A stretch of DNA of 64,000 bases from Candidatus Omnitrophota bacterium (GCA_041650835.1 JBAZKL010000003.1:163682-227681); one strand, 5' to 3'; positions 29,487 through 37,446 are shown, counted from the stretch's first letter. Translations and numbers: made by a program. Notes: generated by a model not told the origin, from the sequence alone.

Positions 29487-29500
29487 TGCTCATTATCCCC

Positions 29501-30043
29501 CTAATAAGCGCCGACGATAGTTGTCAAACTCACATCGCTGGCTAAATTATTGCTGCGGGAAACGCTTACCTGGACACGCTTAAAGCAGCATTCGGAACAA
29601 CTGCTGCAATCCGTCGGTTCCACGCAGGCGGATACCTCACCGCAGCCCTGCCAGGTATTGCCGCTCAAACGCATATAATCAACCGTTACCGCGCGCGTGT
29701 ATCCTATAACAGGCGTAGTAACTGAAATATCCGCGCATCCGACGTAATCATCCACGTCGTTAAAAGTCCTTTTATCATTACTATTTTCCCCGCTCTCAGC
29801 TCCGAAGGAAGTGCTCGCGGTCCAGGGAGCGGCATCGCCGTGGTCAAAACTTTTTGATTTTATCTCTTCCATTAATTGCTGCGCGAAAAAAGCCGCGTCC
29901 GCTAAAGATTCCGAACGGACCGACCTCCAGGAAACATCCGACCACATGGTCATCAATACCGGCACGCTGAAACCCAGGACCACGATCACGACGATCAGCT
30001 CAATTAACGACATACCCTTATTACTCATTGTACCCTCACCCAT
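29501..30043 (-). CDS. Minor pilin with Cys-rich C-terminal domain
   Basis: MSNKG|[20 protein letters not shown] is a prepilin motif. The C-terminus contains CGEVSACVEPTDCSSCSECC. Confidence 0.75.
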   Translation of the reverse strand: MGEGTMSNKGMSLIELIVVIVVLGFSVPVLMTMWSDVSWRSVRSESLADAAFFAQQLMEEIKSKSFDHGDAAPWTASTSFGAESGENSNDKRTFNDVDDYVGCADISVTTPVIGYTRAVTVDYMRLSGNTWQGCGEVSACVEPTDCSSCSECCFKRVQVSVSRSNNLASDVSLTTIVGAY

Positions 30044-30678
30044 CCTGTATTCGGCGAAACATAAACGCTTAAATCCTCGTTTCGGCAGCTAAACCTTACT
30101 TGCCCGTCGGCAACTAACGGGTTCCCCGCGGCATCCTGGGGAGCGCCCTGCCAATCAAAACGCAGGACATTCGAACTCCCGAAACTCACCGCGGCGATCC
30201 TGATCCCTTTATACTGCGGGTCATTGATAAAATCCACCCTGAAATTATTGCGGCCAAAAGGAGACAGCGCGAAGCTGTTATCCAGCTTCTGGACATCATA
30301 CCGATTTACGGGATTATTATAAAATGTTATCTTATACGACTCGTGGCGGGAAACAGCCAGCTGCTGGACATAGCGGATGTCCGATACAGTTTTTTGCACC
30401 GCGCCTGCCAGCTTCATGGAATAAAAGCTGTCGATGCGGGGAATTGCCAGGCCGACCATGATCCCGATAATAGCCATTACCATGATCAGTTCAACCAGGC
30501 TCATGCCCCGGCCCAAGATCTGCTCCATTTTTCGCAGGTCATCTTCGGAATATTCCCGCCATTGATTAATACGGTTCCTGCGCGGTTTAGGAAAAATTCC
30601 TTTTTTTTCATAGCGAACCAGAGTTTGCCGGGATAGCCTCAATTTTTCCGCAATCTCTGAAGCGCGAAAAATACGCAT
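30025..30678 (-). CDS. AlpA/excisionase-like HTH domain fused in frame to a minor pilin
   Basis: Residues 1-~50 (EIAEKLRLSRQTLVRYEKKGIFPKPRRNRINQWREYSEDDL) are paralogous to the 63-aa protein at 14303..14494. They are followed by ...MEQILGRG|MSLVELIMVMAIIGIMVGLAIP, which has G-1, Glu+5 and a hydrophobic helix. A strong Shine-Dalgarno (CAGGAG) precedes the first ATG, whereas the internal Met codons lack good ribosome-binding sites. Confidence 0.7.
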   Translation of the reverse strand: MRIFRASEIAEKLRLSRQTLVRYEKKGIFPKPRRNRINQWREYSEDDLRKMEQILGRGMSLVELIMVMAIIGIMVGLAIPRIDSFYSMKLAGAVQKTVSDIRYVQQLAVSRHESYKITFYNNPVNRYDVQKLDNSFALSPFGRNNFRVDFINDPQYKGIRIAAVSFGSSNVLRFDWQGAPQDAAGNPLVADGQVRFSCRNEDLSVYVSPNTGWVRVQ

Positions 30679-30701
30679 TTAGAATCTCCTGATATGGTTT
30701 A

Positions 30702-30746
30702 ATACTATTTGTCATAATTTTATTATATTATAGGAAATTGTCAAGA
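30702..30746 (-). promoter_or_regulatory. Sigma70-like promoter plus conserved operator module for the minor-pilin operon
   Basis: The minus strand has TTGACA (30744..30739), a 16-nt spacer and TAAAAT (30722..30717). The conserved GACAAATAGTAT (30713..30702) lies at the predicted transcription start. The same motif pair occurs at 14575-14620. Confidence 0.5.
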
Positions 30747-30854
30747 CAAATATCATTTAAATACTTATATTGTATTGGGTTAAATAGAATAGCACTGATT
30801 AGGAAAGCTGGATATGTAGGAAGGGAAAAATAAAAATGGGTAACTTAAATTTAA

Positions 30855-30975
30855 AGTATAAAGTCTAAATAACAAAGAAAGATCAAAGGTTTAAGGCTCC
30901 TGCCTACCGGCAGGTAGGAAATTTTAAGATTAAACCTTTAATCTTAAGGCTTCCTTTGCTTATTGAGACCTTAAC
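30855..30975. repeat. AT-rich palindromic intergenic element, family 2, copy X
   Basis: taaataacaaag...tcaaaggtttaa...ttaaaccttt...taatcttaag.cttcctttg is homologous to 52925-53045. aaaggtttaa and ttaaaccttt are reverse complements. This copy carries an extra GC hairpin, cctgcc-tacc-ggcagg, at 30899-30914. It starts right at the folC stop codon. Confidence 0.6.
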
Positions 30976-32395
30976 CTTTAAACTTATTATTTGTCAACAA
31001 TGCCTTTGCCTCTCCAATTACAAACATAGAGCCGGTGATAAGGATAACCTCATCGTGACGGGAGATCTTTCGAGCCAGGGATAAAGCGGTTTTAACATTA
31101 ACGGCGACCCGGACCCGCCCATCGCCGATCAAGCCTTCCATCCGCGTATAAATTTCCTGGGGCTTTGCCGCCCGGTTATTCCGGGCACGCGTAAGAATGA
31201 CCTGCTCACTCAAAGGGACAAGCGCTTTACATATGCCGGCAATATCCTTATCACGGGAAATCCCCAGCACAAGGATTACTTTCTTGCCGGGGACGAATTT
31301 TGCCAACGACTCTTTAAGCATCACCGCGGAAGCGGCATTGTGAGCGCCGTCTAAAATGATCCACGGCTGCCGGGATACGATCTCAAACCTCCCCGGCCAA
31401 AGCGTCTTGCGCAACCCATTTTTACACGCCTGCTGCGAAATCTTCACCCGGTAATGCTTCCTGAGCGCCCCGATAATTCCCAGAGCTACCGAAGCATTGA
31501 CCAATTGATGCTCTCCTAATAAAGAGATACGCATCTTGTAAAAATCGCCCAGGGCGCCACTCACCGAGAATTCCTGATAATCAAGCCGGCTGCGCAACTC
31601 GCGGAATATAATATCGCTTCCGACTTTATATAAGAGCGCGGGGATCCGGGAACATTTTTGCTCGATCACGCGTAATGCCGGCTTCTCTTGAGGGGCGGTG
31701 ATCACGACGGGCAACCTTCCCGAGCCGCCTGAACTCCCGGGCGCCTTAATAATGCCCGCCTTCTCTCCGGCGATCGCCGCGAGTGTTGCCCCCAGTTTAC
31801 GCGTATGATCATAGCTGATCGAGGTGATCGCGCAGACAAGAGAATGAGCCACGTTAGTAGAATCGATCCTCCCGCCTAAACCGGTCTCTAACACGACAAA
31901 GTCGGTTTTCTTCTCAAGATAATAAACAAACGCGAAAACAGTAATGGCCTCAAAAAAAGTCAGCGGCCCGTATTTCGACCTGCGGTTATACCTCACTATC
32001 AAAGGCTTAAGACGCAGCGTAAGGCGCGTCAGCTCTTTCTCGGTGATCATCCCTTCAAAATCATTTCCGGCCCCCTGCGGCATCCCCGGGGAAAGCGGTT
32101 TTTTTGATTTATCAAGGATCCTGATCCTCTCCCGCAGATTAAACAAATGCGGAGAAGTAAAAAGCCCGACGGTATATCCTGCTTCACGCAGCATATACGC
32201 GACCATCGAACAAACCGACCCCTTACCCTTCGTACCTGCGACATGGATGACCTTCAGGTTATCCTGAGGGTCATGAATGCTCGCCAAGAAATCCTTGATA
32301 CGCTCCAGCTTCAAAGATTGCTTATACGGATAATGGACCTTCTTTTCGTAATTGATAAAAGAATTTAAATACTGCAGTGTCTGCCGGTATGTCAT
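30971..32395 (-). CDS. folC: Folylpolyglutamate synthase / dihydrofolate synthase
   Basis: Mur-ligase P-loop VIHVAGTKGKGSV...TSPHL, a FolC central domain and a Mur ligase C-terminal domain. 474 aa. Confidence 0.9.
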   Translation of the reverse strand: MTYRQTLQYLNSFINYEKKVHYPYKQSLKLERIKDFLASIHDPQDNLKVIHVAGTKGKGSVCSMVAYMLREAGYTVGLFTSPHLFNLRERIRILDKSKKPLSPGMPQGAGNDFEGMITEKELTRLTLRLKPLIVRYNRRSKYGPLTFFEAITVFAFVYYLEKKTDFVVLETGLGGRIDSTNVAHSLVCAITSISYDHTRKLGATLAAIAGEKAGIIKAPGSSGGSGRLPVVITAPQEKPALRVIEQKCSRIPALLYKVGSDIIFRELRSRLDYQEFSVSGALGDFYKMRISLLGEHQLVNASVALGIIGALRKHYRVKISQQACKNGLRKTLWPGRFEIVSRQPWIILDGAHNAASAVMLKESLAKFVPGKKVILVLGISRDKDIAGICKALVPLSEQVILTRARNNRAAKPQEIYTRMEGLIGDGRVRVAVNVKTALSLARKISRHDEVILITGSMFVIGEAKALLTNNKFKG

Positions 32396-32415
32396 AACGG
32401 GGGGTAATAAAACGT

Positions 32416-33975
32416 TTAATGTTTAAAGTGGCGCACTCCTGTCAGGACCATGGCAATCTTATGCTTATCGCAGGCTTTAATGATCTCGGGATCGGCGATA
32501 GAACCGCCCGGCTGAATAATCGCGCGCACTCCCTTTTTGGCCGCCTCAAAGATCGAATCCGGCTTGGGAAAAAATCCATCGGAAGCCAGGCAGGAATTCA
32601 TAGTACGCCTGCCTGCTTTTGTTTTGGCGATAATAACCGAATCGACCCTCGACATTTGGCCCGCGCCGATGCCGATAGTTTTTGTCCCCTTCGCCAGGAC
32701 AATAGCGTTTGATTTAACGTGCTTGGCGACTTTCCAGGCGAATAAAAGCGCGCGCAACTGCGCCTGAGTCGGTTTCTTACGGGTAACGGTCTTAAGGGCT
32801 TCCTGGCGGACCAGCTCAATATCCTTATCCTGCAATAACAGCCCGCCGGATACTTTTTTAAAATCATACTCCTTACGCGTGCGGCTGTCCTTCAATTCCA
32901 GGACCCGCAGGTTTTTCTTCGCGCTGAAAACCGAGAGCGCCTCTGCGGCGTACCCCGGGGCGATAACGCACTCTAAAAAACCGCTCCCGACGATAACACG
33001 GGCGGCCTTTGCGTCGACCTGGCGGTTTAAACCCACGATCCCTCCGAAGGCGGAAAGTGGATCCCCCGCGAACGCATCCCGGTACGCCTGAGCAATGTCC
33101 TTTGCTTCGGCAACCCCGCAGGGATTATTATGCTTTAAAATGACCGCGGCAGGAGACAAGAATTCTTTCAGCAATTCCCAGGCGCTGTTGAGATCAAGGA
33201 TATTATTAAAAGACAGCTCTTTACCCTGCAGCTGGCGCACGGAAGCTATGCCGCGGAGTGACCCCAGGTCCCGGTAAAATGCCGCTTTCTGATGAGGATT
33301 TTCCCCATAACGCAGGTCCTGGATCTTAGTGAACGACAACTCCAGCTTTGCCGGAAAATCAATCCCCCGGTCTTTTCCGGGCAGCGGCGCGCCTCTGAAG
33401 TACTGATAAATTGCCGCGTCGTATTGCGCGGTATTCTTAAAAACCTCAACCGCTAATTGACGGGCAGTTTCCTGGCTGAGACCTCCCTGGTTCGACTCTA
33501 ATTCTTTCATAACCGCGGCGTACTGGGACACCTGAGAAACTACCGCGACCGAATCATGGTTCTTTGCCGCCGAACGCAGCATTGACGGCCCGCCGATATC
33601 GATATTTTCAATCGCTTCCTCATCGGTTACCGAGGGGCTGGATACGGCCTTTTCAAAAGGGTAGAGATTAACCACCACCATATCGATCAACCCGATCCCT
33701 AAACTTTCAAGCTTCTTCATATGCTCAAGATTATCGCGGACCGCCAAAAGCCCTCCGTGGATATTCGGATGCAGCGTCTTCACCCTGCCGTCGAGTATTT
33801 CCGGAAAACCGGTGTAATCAGACACATCCTTTACCTCAAGGCCGCTCTCCCGCAATAATTTTGCCGTGCCGCCCGTCGAAAGGATCTCCACGCCGAATTT
33901 ATTGAGCGTTTTCGCTAAATCCAAAACCCCTGTTTTATCCGATACGCTGATAAGCGCCCGCTTTATTTTTATCAT
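32416..33975 (-). CDS. purH: Bifunctional AICAR transformylase / IMP cyclohydrolase
   Basis: The N-terminal MGS-like domain (KRALISVSDKTGVLDLAK...ILSTGGTAKLL) and the AICARFT domain are conserved throughout. GAGGAG lies 5 nt upstream of the ATG. Confidence 0.95.
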   Translation of the reverse strand: MIKIKRALISVSDKTGVLDLAKTLNKFGVEILSTGGTAKLLRESGLEVKDVSDYTGFPEILDGRVKTLHPNIHGGLLAVRDNLEHMKKLESLGIGLIDMVVVNLYPFEKAVSSPSVTDEEAIENIDIGGPSMLRSAAKNHDSVAVVSQVSQYAAVMKELESNQGGLSQETARQLAVEVFKNTAQYDAAIYQYFRGAPLPGKDRGIDFPAKLELSFTKIQDLRYGENPHQKAAFYRDLGSLRGIASVRQLQGKELSFNNILDLNSAWELLKEFLSPAAVILKHNNPCGVAEAKDIAQAYRDAFAGDPLSAFGGIVGLNRQVDAKAARVIVGSGFLECVIAPGYAAEALSVFSAKKNLRVLELKDSRTRKEYDFKKVSGGLLLQDKDIELVRQEALKTVTRKKPTQAQLRALLFAWKVAKHVKSNAIVLAKGTKTIGIGAGQMSRVDSVIIAKTKAGRRTMNSCLASDGFFPKPDSIFEAAKKGVRAIIQPGGSIADPEIIKACDKHKIAMVLTGVRHFKH

Positions 33976-34262
33976 CGATCTCCTCTATTCTATAGCAACT
34001 TAATATTCAAGTAAGGATATCCTGTGACTTGTGTATAGATAGTATGTTTATTAGTGAACGGGTCTTTGTCTTGGACTGTTTTCTCGCGGGGACGTTTGCC
34101 CCGCCCCGGCGTGGCGGGGCTGCACTCAAGTCGGCTGCGTCGCTCTGCCCGACTTCGTTTATCGAGGGGCATCCGTGCCCGCTCCTTGCCTTTATGCCCC
34201 GCTCGTAAACAATCCAAGCCACCCGTTCAACGGAATCCAGAAACTTCAGACCTGCGACCTGT
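33976..34262 (-). promoter_or_regulatory. Long GC-rich structured 5' leader of purH-folC; candidate cis-regulatory RNA or riboswitch, class not assignable by eye
   Basis: About 285 nt with no credible ORF. It is locally much more GC-rich than its surroundings and has several strong hairpins, for example gcgggg-caaacgt-ccccgc. A GGGcAGAGCGAC segment loosely resembles the ZTP/pfl core. Sequence context fits ZTP/pfl-class regulation of purH and folate genes. Confidence 0.3.
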
Positions 34263-34366
34263 TTACCCTGAGCGTCTTATAACTTTACCTGTTAATTAAG
34301 TCGAAGGGTTTACCCTCCAGCGTCTTATAACTTTACCTGTTAATTAAGTCGAAGGGTTTACCCGAT
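34261..34366. repeat. Tandem direct repeat: 2 full units of 48 bp plus a partial leading unit
   Basis: agcgtcttataactttacctgttaattaagtcgaagggtttaccc occurs at 34271-34315 and again at 34319-34363. It is preceded by gtttaccc at 34261-34268. Each unit contains the palindrome TTAATTAA. Confidence 0.8.
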
Positions 34367-34392
34367 CTTGTCAAGGGTGATTTCTGTAATTT

Positions 34393-34549
34393 AACTTTAC
34401 GGTTTTTGCTTTAAGCGCACATTTGAAAACTTTCGGCACTGAAATCTATCTGTAGTGCGCAAAGATTTACGGCGAGTTGAAGCACGCTCTTTACGTAAGT
34501 CTATAGCGTAAACGAGCCGTAAACTGCAGCGCACGGCGAAAGTTTTTTT
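34393..34549 (+). repeat. ~157-nt structured intergenic element, family 1, copy B; candidate small RNA or MITE-like element
   Basis: It matches 47600-47756 nearly exactly apart from a ~20-nt central segment. Several hairpins are built from TTTACG/CGTAAA pairs (ctctttacg-taagtctatag-cgtaaacgag and tttacggc...gccgtaaa) and from gcgcac/gtgcgc. It ends with ggcgaaagttttttt. Confidence 0.75.
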
Positions 34550-34692
34550 GCTGCAGAAAGCAGCACACCTGCGCAAGTCCTATAAGCGCAGGGTGAAGCG
34601 TAAGCGAAAACCGGAAAGTTAAACGCCTACTATTAACTATCGACAATTTTGCGACCTGCCATCTGAGACTTGTGTCATGCGACCTGTAAATC

Positions 34693-35424
34693 CTATTTAT
34701 TAAACCTGAAATTCGCCAGGTCGGCATCCTGCATAATATAATCTTTTTGCTCAAGGCGCTGCTTTCCAGCTTGTTTTGCCTGCGTCTCCCCGCCTGCCTG
34801 TATAAAATCGTTAAAGCTGATGATCTCCGCGCGGATAAAGCCTTTCTGAATATCGGAATGGATCACGCCCGCGGCCTCCCAGGCAGTCGCCCCCTGCTTT
34901 AAGCTCCAGGCGCGGTTTTCTTTGTCGCCAACCGTAAAAAAACTGATATAACCGCTTTCTTTATACGCCTTGGCTAAAACACCGCTTAAATCCTCCAACT
35001 CCTGCTTCTCGACGCAAACAACGGGCTTGCCCGTCACCAAGCCGTAGCCGGCCATTAATTCTTTTTCTGCAGGGGTTAAAGGAGCGTTAAAAATAAATTC
35101 TTCTTTTTCCAGGAGTGTCTTTAGTTTTTGCAACAGCGCTTTTTCCTCTTCTGAAGCGCTGCGGCCCAGGCGGCCTTCGACAAATTCCAGGTCCTTGATG
35201 ATCAAATCGGTGCGGGAATCAGATAAGGTCAGGATAGCGTCGGCATTCGGGATATCATTCTCTCCGACAAGCTCAACCTGAACGGGGGTCTTTTTCTTTG
35301 CCTTGACTAACTTATCAGCCTGATCAAGGCGGGGGTCTTTAATATTTTGCTTGCCTACGGTTAAATCCGGGACGCAATAAAGGGCGATCTTCATGTTTTT
35401 TGTGCGCGCATAACTTATGAGCAC
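34693..35424 (-). CDS. YchF/Obg-family homolog with TGS/DUF933 C-terminal domain but lacking the P-loop; a possible pseudo-GTPase or 5'-truncated remnant
   Basis: The C-terminal 130 aa match the YchF consensus closely (FFTVGDKENRAWSLKQGATAWEAAGVIHSDIQKGFIRAE...QAGKQRLEQKDYIMQDADLANFRF). The N-terminus aligns only from YchF residue ~38 (DPRLDQ). No GxxxxGKS/T G1 motif is present. Confidence 0.6.
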   Translation of the reverse strand: MLISYARTKNMKIALYCVPDLTVGKQNIKDPRLDQADKLVKAKKKTPVQVELVGENDIPNADAILTLSDSRTDLIIKDLEFVEGRLGRSASEEEKALLQKLKTLLEKEEFIFNAPLTPAEKELMAGYGLVTGKPVVCVEKQELEDLSGVLAKAYKESGYISFFTVGDKENRAWSLKQGATAWEAAGVIHSDIQKGFIRAEIISFNDFIQAGGETQAKQAGKQRLEQKDYIMQDADLANFRFNK

Positions 35425-35469
35425 AAAAAACTCACCAAGCTATCGACGCTATTAGGTATCTTTTTTTAA

Positions 35470-37446
35470 TTAATGGTGTTCTGCGTGCGCGTGTTCTTCT
35501 TCATGCTTCTTAGAAGCCAGGTAGTGGCTAATGATCGGCTGAGCGACCTTATGAGGGGCTTCCGCGTAATGGGAAAACCGCATCGTATAGGAACCGCGGC
35601 CGCCGGTGATCGAACGCAGGTCATTGGCATACGTAAACATTTCAGAAGCCGGAACCTGCGCCTTAACGATCTGGGATTTTCCCACAACATCCATACCGAT
35701 CATGTGCCCCCGGCGGGAATTGATATCACCTGATATCGCGCCCAGGAATTCTTCAGGGAGAACGACTTCCACATCCATGATCGGTTCAAGTAAAACCGGG
35801 CCTGCTTCGGCAACCGCTTTTCGAAGCGCCATAGCTCCTGCGATCTGAAAAGCCATATCGGAAGAATCGACATCATGATATGAACCGTCAACAAGCGTGA
35901 CACGTACATCCACTATCGGGTATCCCGCGACCGCGCCTTCCGCGCAGGCCTGGCGTATCCCTTTTTCAGCCGAGGGGATAAAATTCCTCGGGATCGCCCC
36001 GCCAAAGACCTTATCAAGGAACTCAAAGCCTTTACTTCTCTCCAAAGGCTCGATCTCAATCCATACATCGCCGTATTGGCCGCGGCCGCCGGACTGCCGC
36101 TTGAACTTTCCCTGCACCCGCGCTTTTTTCGTGATCGTTTCTTTATAGGATACTTTCGGAGTACCCAGGTCGACCTCGACGTTAAACCTCTTTTTCATCC
36201 GCTCAACCATGATCCCCAAATGCAGATCGCCTAATCCGGAAACGATCAACTCTTTGGTCTGCTGGTCATGGGTCACTTTAAAGGTAAGGTCCTCCGCGGC
36301 GAGCTTATGCAAAGCATTGGCGATCTTATCCTCGTCATTGCGCGATTTCGGATGTACCGACGCGGATATCGCCGGCTCAGGAAAGACAAGCGGCTCAAAG
36401 ACCAAAGGATGCTTCTCATCGGCAAGCGAATCAGACGTAACGGTATCTTTTAATTTAGCGATAGCCACAATATCGCCGCAGGACGCCTGATCCACCAACC
36501 GTTGTTCTTTCCCCTGCAGGATATAGATATGGCCGATGCGCTCCTTAACCTGTTTACTCACATTAAAGAAAGCGGTGTTGGATAACAAGGACCCGGAAAA
36601 TACGCGCAAGAGCGTCAGATGCCCGACGTACGGGTCGGATATCGACTTAAAAACAAAAGCCGCAAAATTGGCTTCAGGAGAAAGAACGACCTCTATTTTC
36701 TCTTCCGGCGTAAGCGGATTACGCGCGATCACTTTCGCGCGTTCCCGGGGGTCCGGGAAATATTTAAGCACCGCGTCCAAGAGCTCAACCACGCCTTTAT
36801 CCGTGGCGGCAGAACCGGTGAGCACCGGAAAGATCTTTCGCCTGACCACTGCCTGCCGCAAGCTTACCGTTAATTCCTCTACTGATAACGCAGTGCCGTT
36901 CAAATATTTTTCCAGGAGCGCATCATCGCTTTCAGCCACGACTTCCACCAGTTCCGGAGCGCTCAGGTCAGCAATGATCACCGCTTTTTTGGAAAGGCAA
37001 TTCTGGATATCAACAAGGACCTTGGCAACATCAACGCCATCTTTATCGGTTTTGTTGATAAAAATAATGCCCGGCAAGCCGGCATCCTCTGCCATTTGCC
37101 AAGCCCGCTCAGTACCCACTTCAACGCCTGCGGTCGCCTCCACCACAATCACCGCGCTATCGACCGCCCGCAGGCCGGAAAGTACTTCCCCCAGGAAATC
37201 CGCGTAACCGGGAGCATCTACAATCTGGATCCGGGTATCCCTGCAATCGCAAAACAACAAACTCGCGTTAATGGAACTCTTGCGCGTTATTTCGTCAAAG
37301 CTGTAGTCGCTGACGGTCGTCCCGTCGGCAACAGCCCCTTTGCGCGTCGTCGCTTTACAGAGAGAAAGCATGCTTTCCGCAAGAGATGTCTTACCGGATT
37401 GCGCGTGGCCCAAAAGAATGAGACTGCGTTTATTTTTTACATCCAT
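35470..37446 (-). CDS. EF-G family translational GTPase paralog (EF-G-like) with His-rich C-terminal tail
   Basis: G1 GHAQSGKTSL, G3 DAPGYADF, G4 NKTD, then EF-G domains II-V. The C-terminus ends HEEEHAHAEHH. It is diverged from canonical fusA at the N-terminus. Confidence 0.8.
   Translation of the reverse strand: MDVKNKRSLILLGHAQSGKTSLAESMLSLCKATTRKGAVADGTTVSDYSFDEITRKSSINASLLFCDCRDTRIQIVDAPGYADFLGEVLSGLRAVDSAVIVVEATAGVEVGTERAWQMAEDAGLPGIIFINKTDKDGVDVAKVLVDIQNCLSKKAVIIADLSAPELVEVVAESDDALLEKYLNGTALSVEELTVSLRQAVVRRKIFPVLTGSAATDKGVVELLDAVLKYFPDPRERAKVIARNPLTPEEKIEVVLSPEANFAAFVFKSISDPYVGHLTLLRVFSGSLLSNTAFFNVSKQVKERIGHIYILQGKEQRLVDQASCGDIVAIAKLKDTVTSDSLADEKHPLVFEPLVFPEPAISASVHPKSRNDEDKIANALHKLAAEDLTFKVTHDQQTKELIVSGLGDLHLGIMVERMKKRFNVEVDLGTPKVSYKETITKKARVQGKFKRQSGGRGQYGDVWIEIEPLERSKGFEFLDKVFGGAIPRNFIPSAEKGIRQACAEGAVAGYPIVDVRVTLVDGSYHDVDSSDMAFQIAGAMALRKAVAEAGPVLLEPIMDVEVVLPEEFLGAISGDINSRRGHMIGMDVVGKSQIVKAQVPASEMFTYANDLRSITGGRGSYTMRFSHYAEAPHKVAQPIISHYLASKKHEEEHAHAEHH

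Noticed and set aside
30895-30925. GC hairpin cctgcc-tacc-ggcagg followed by aaatttt, as a terminator for a plus-strand gene
   Set aside because: No plus-strand gene exists upstream. The hairpin is an insertion within the family-2 repeat. It may contribute to folC termination on the minus strand, but it is not followed by a U-tract in that orientation.
33990-34299. Possible tmRNA or small ORFs (71-81 aa) in the GC-rich purH leader
   Set aside because: On either strand there is no tRNA-like 5'/3' pairing (GGGG...ACCA), no tag-peptide reading frame ending in ALAA-stop and no start context. The ORFs are Arg/Pro/Gly-rich, as expected for GC-rich non-coding sequence.
34261-34366. CRISPR array
   Set aside because: There are only two to three directly adjacent repeats with 3-nt spacers, no unique spacer sequences and no cas genes. 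It is a simple tandem duplication.
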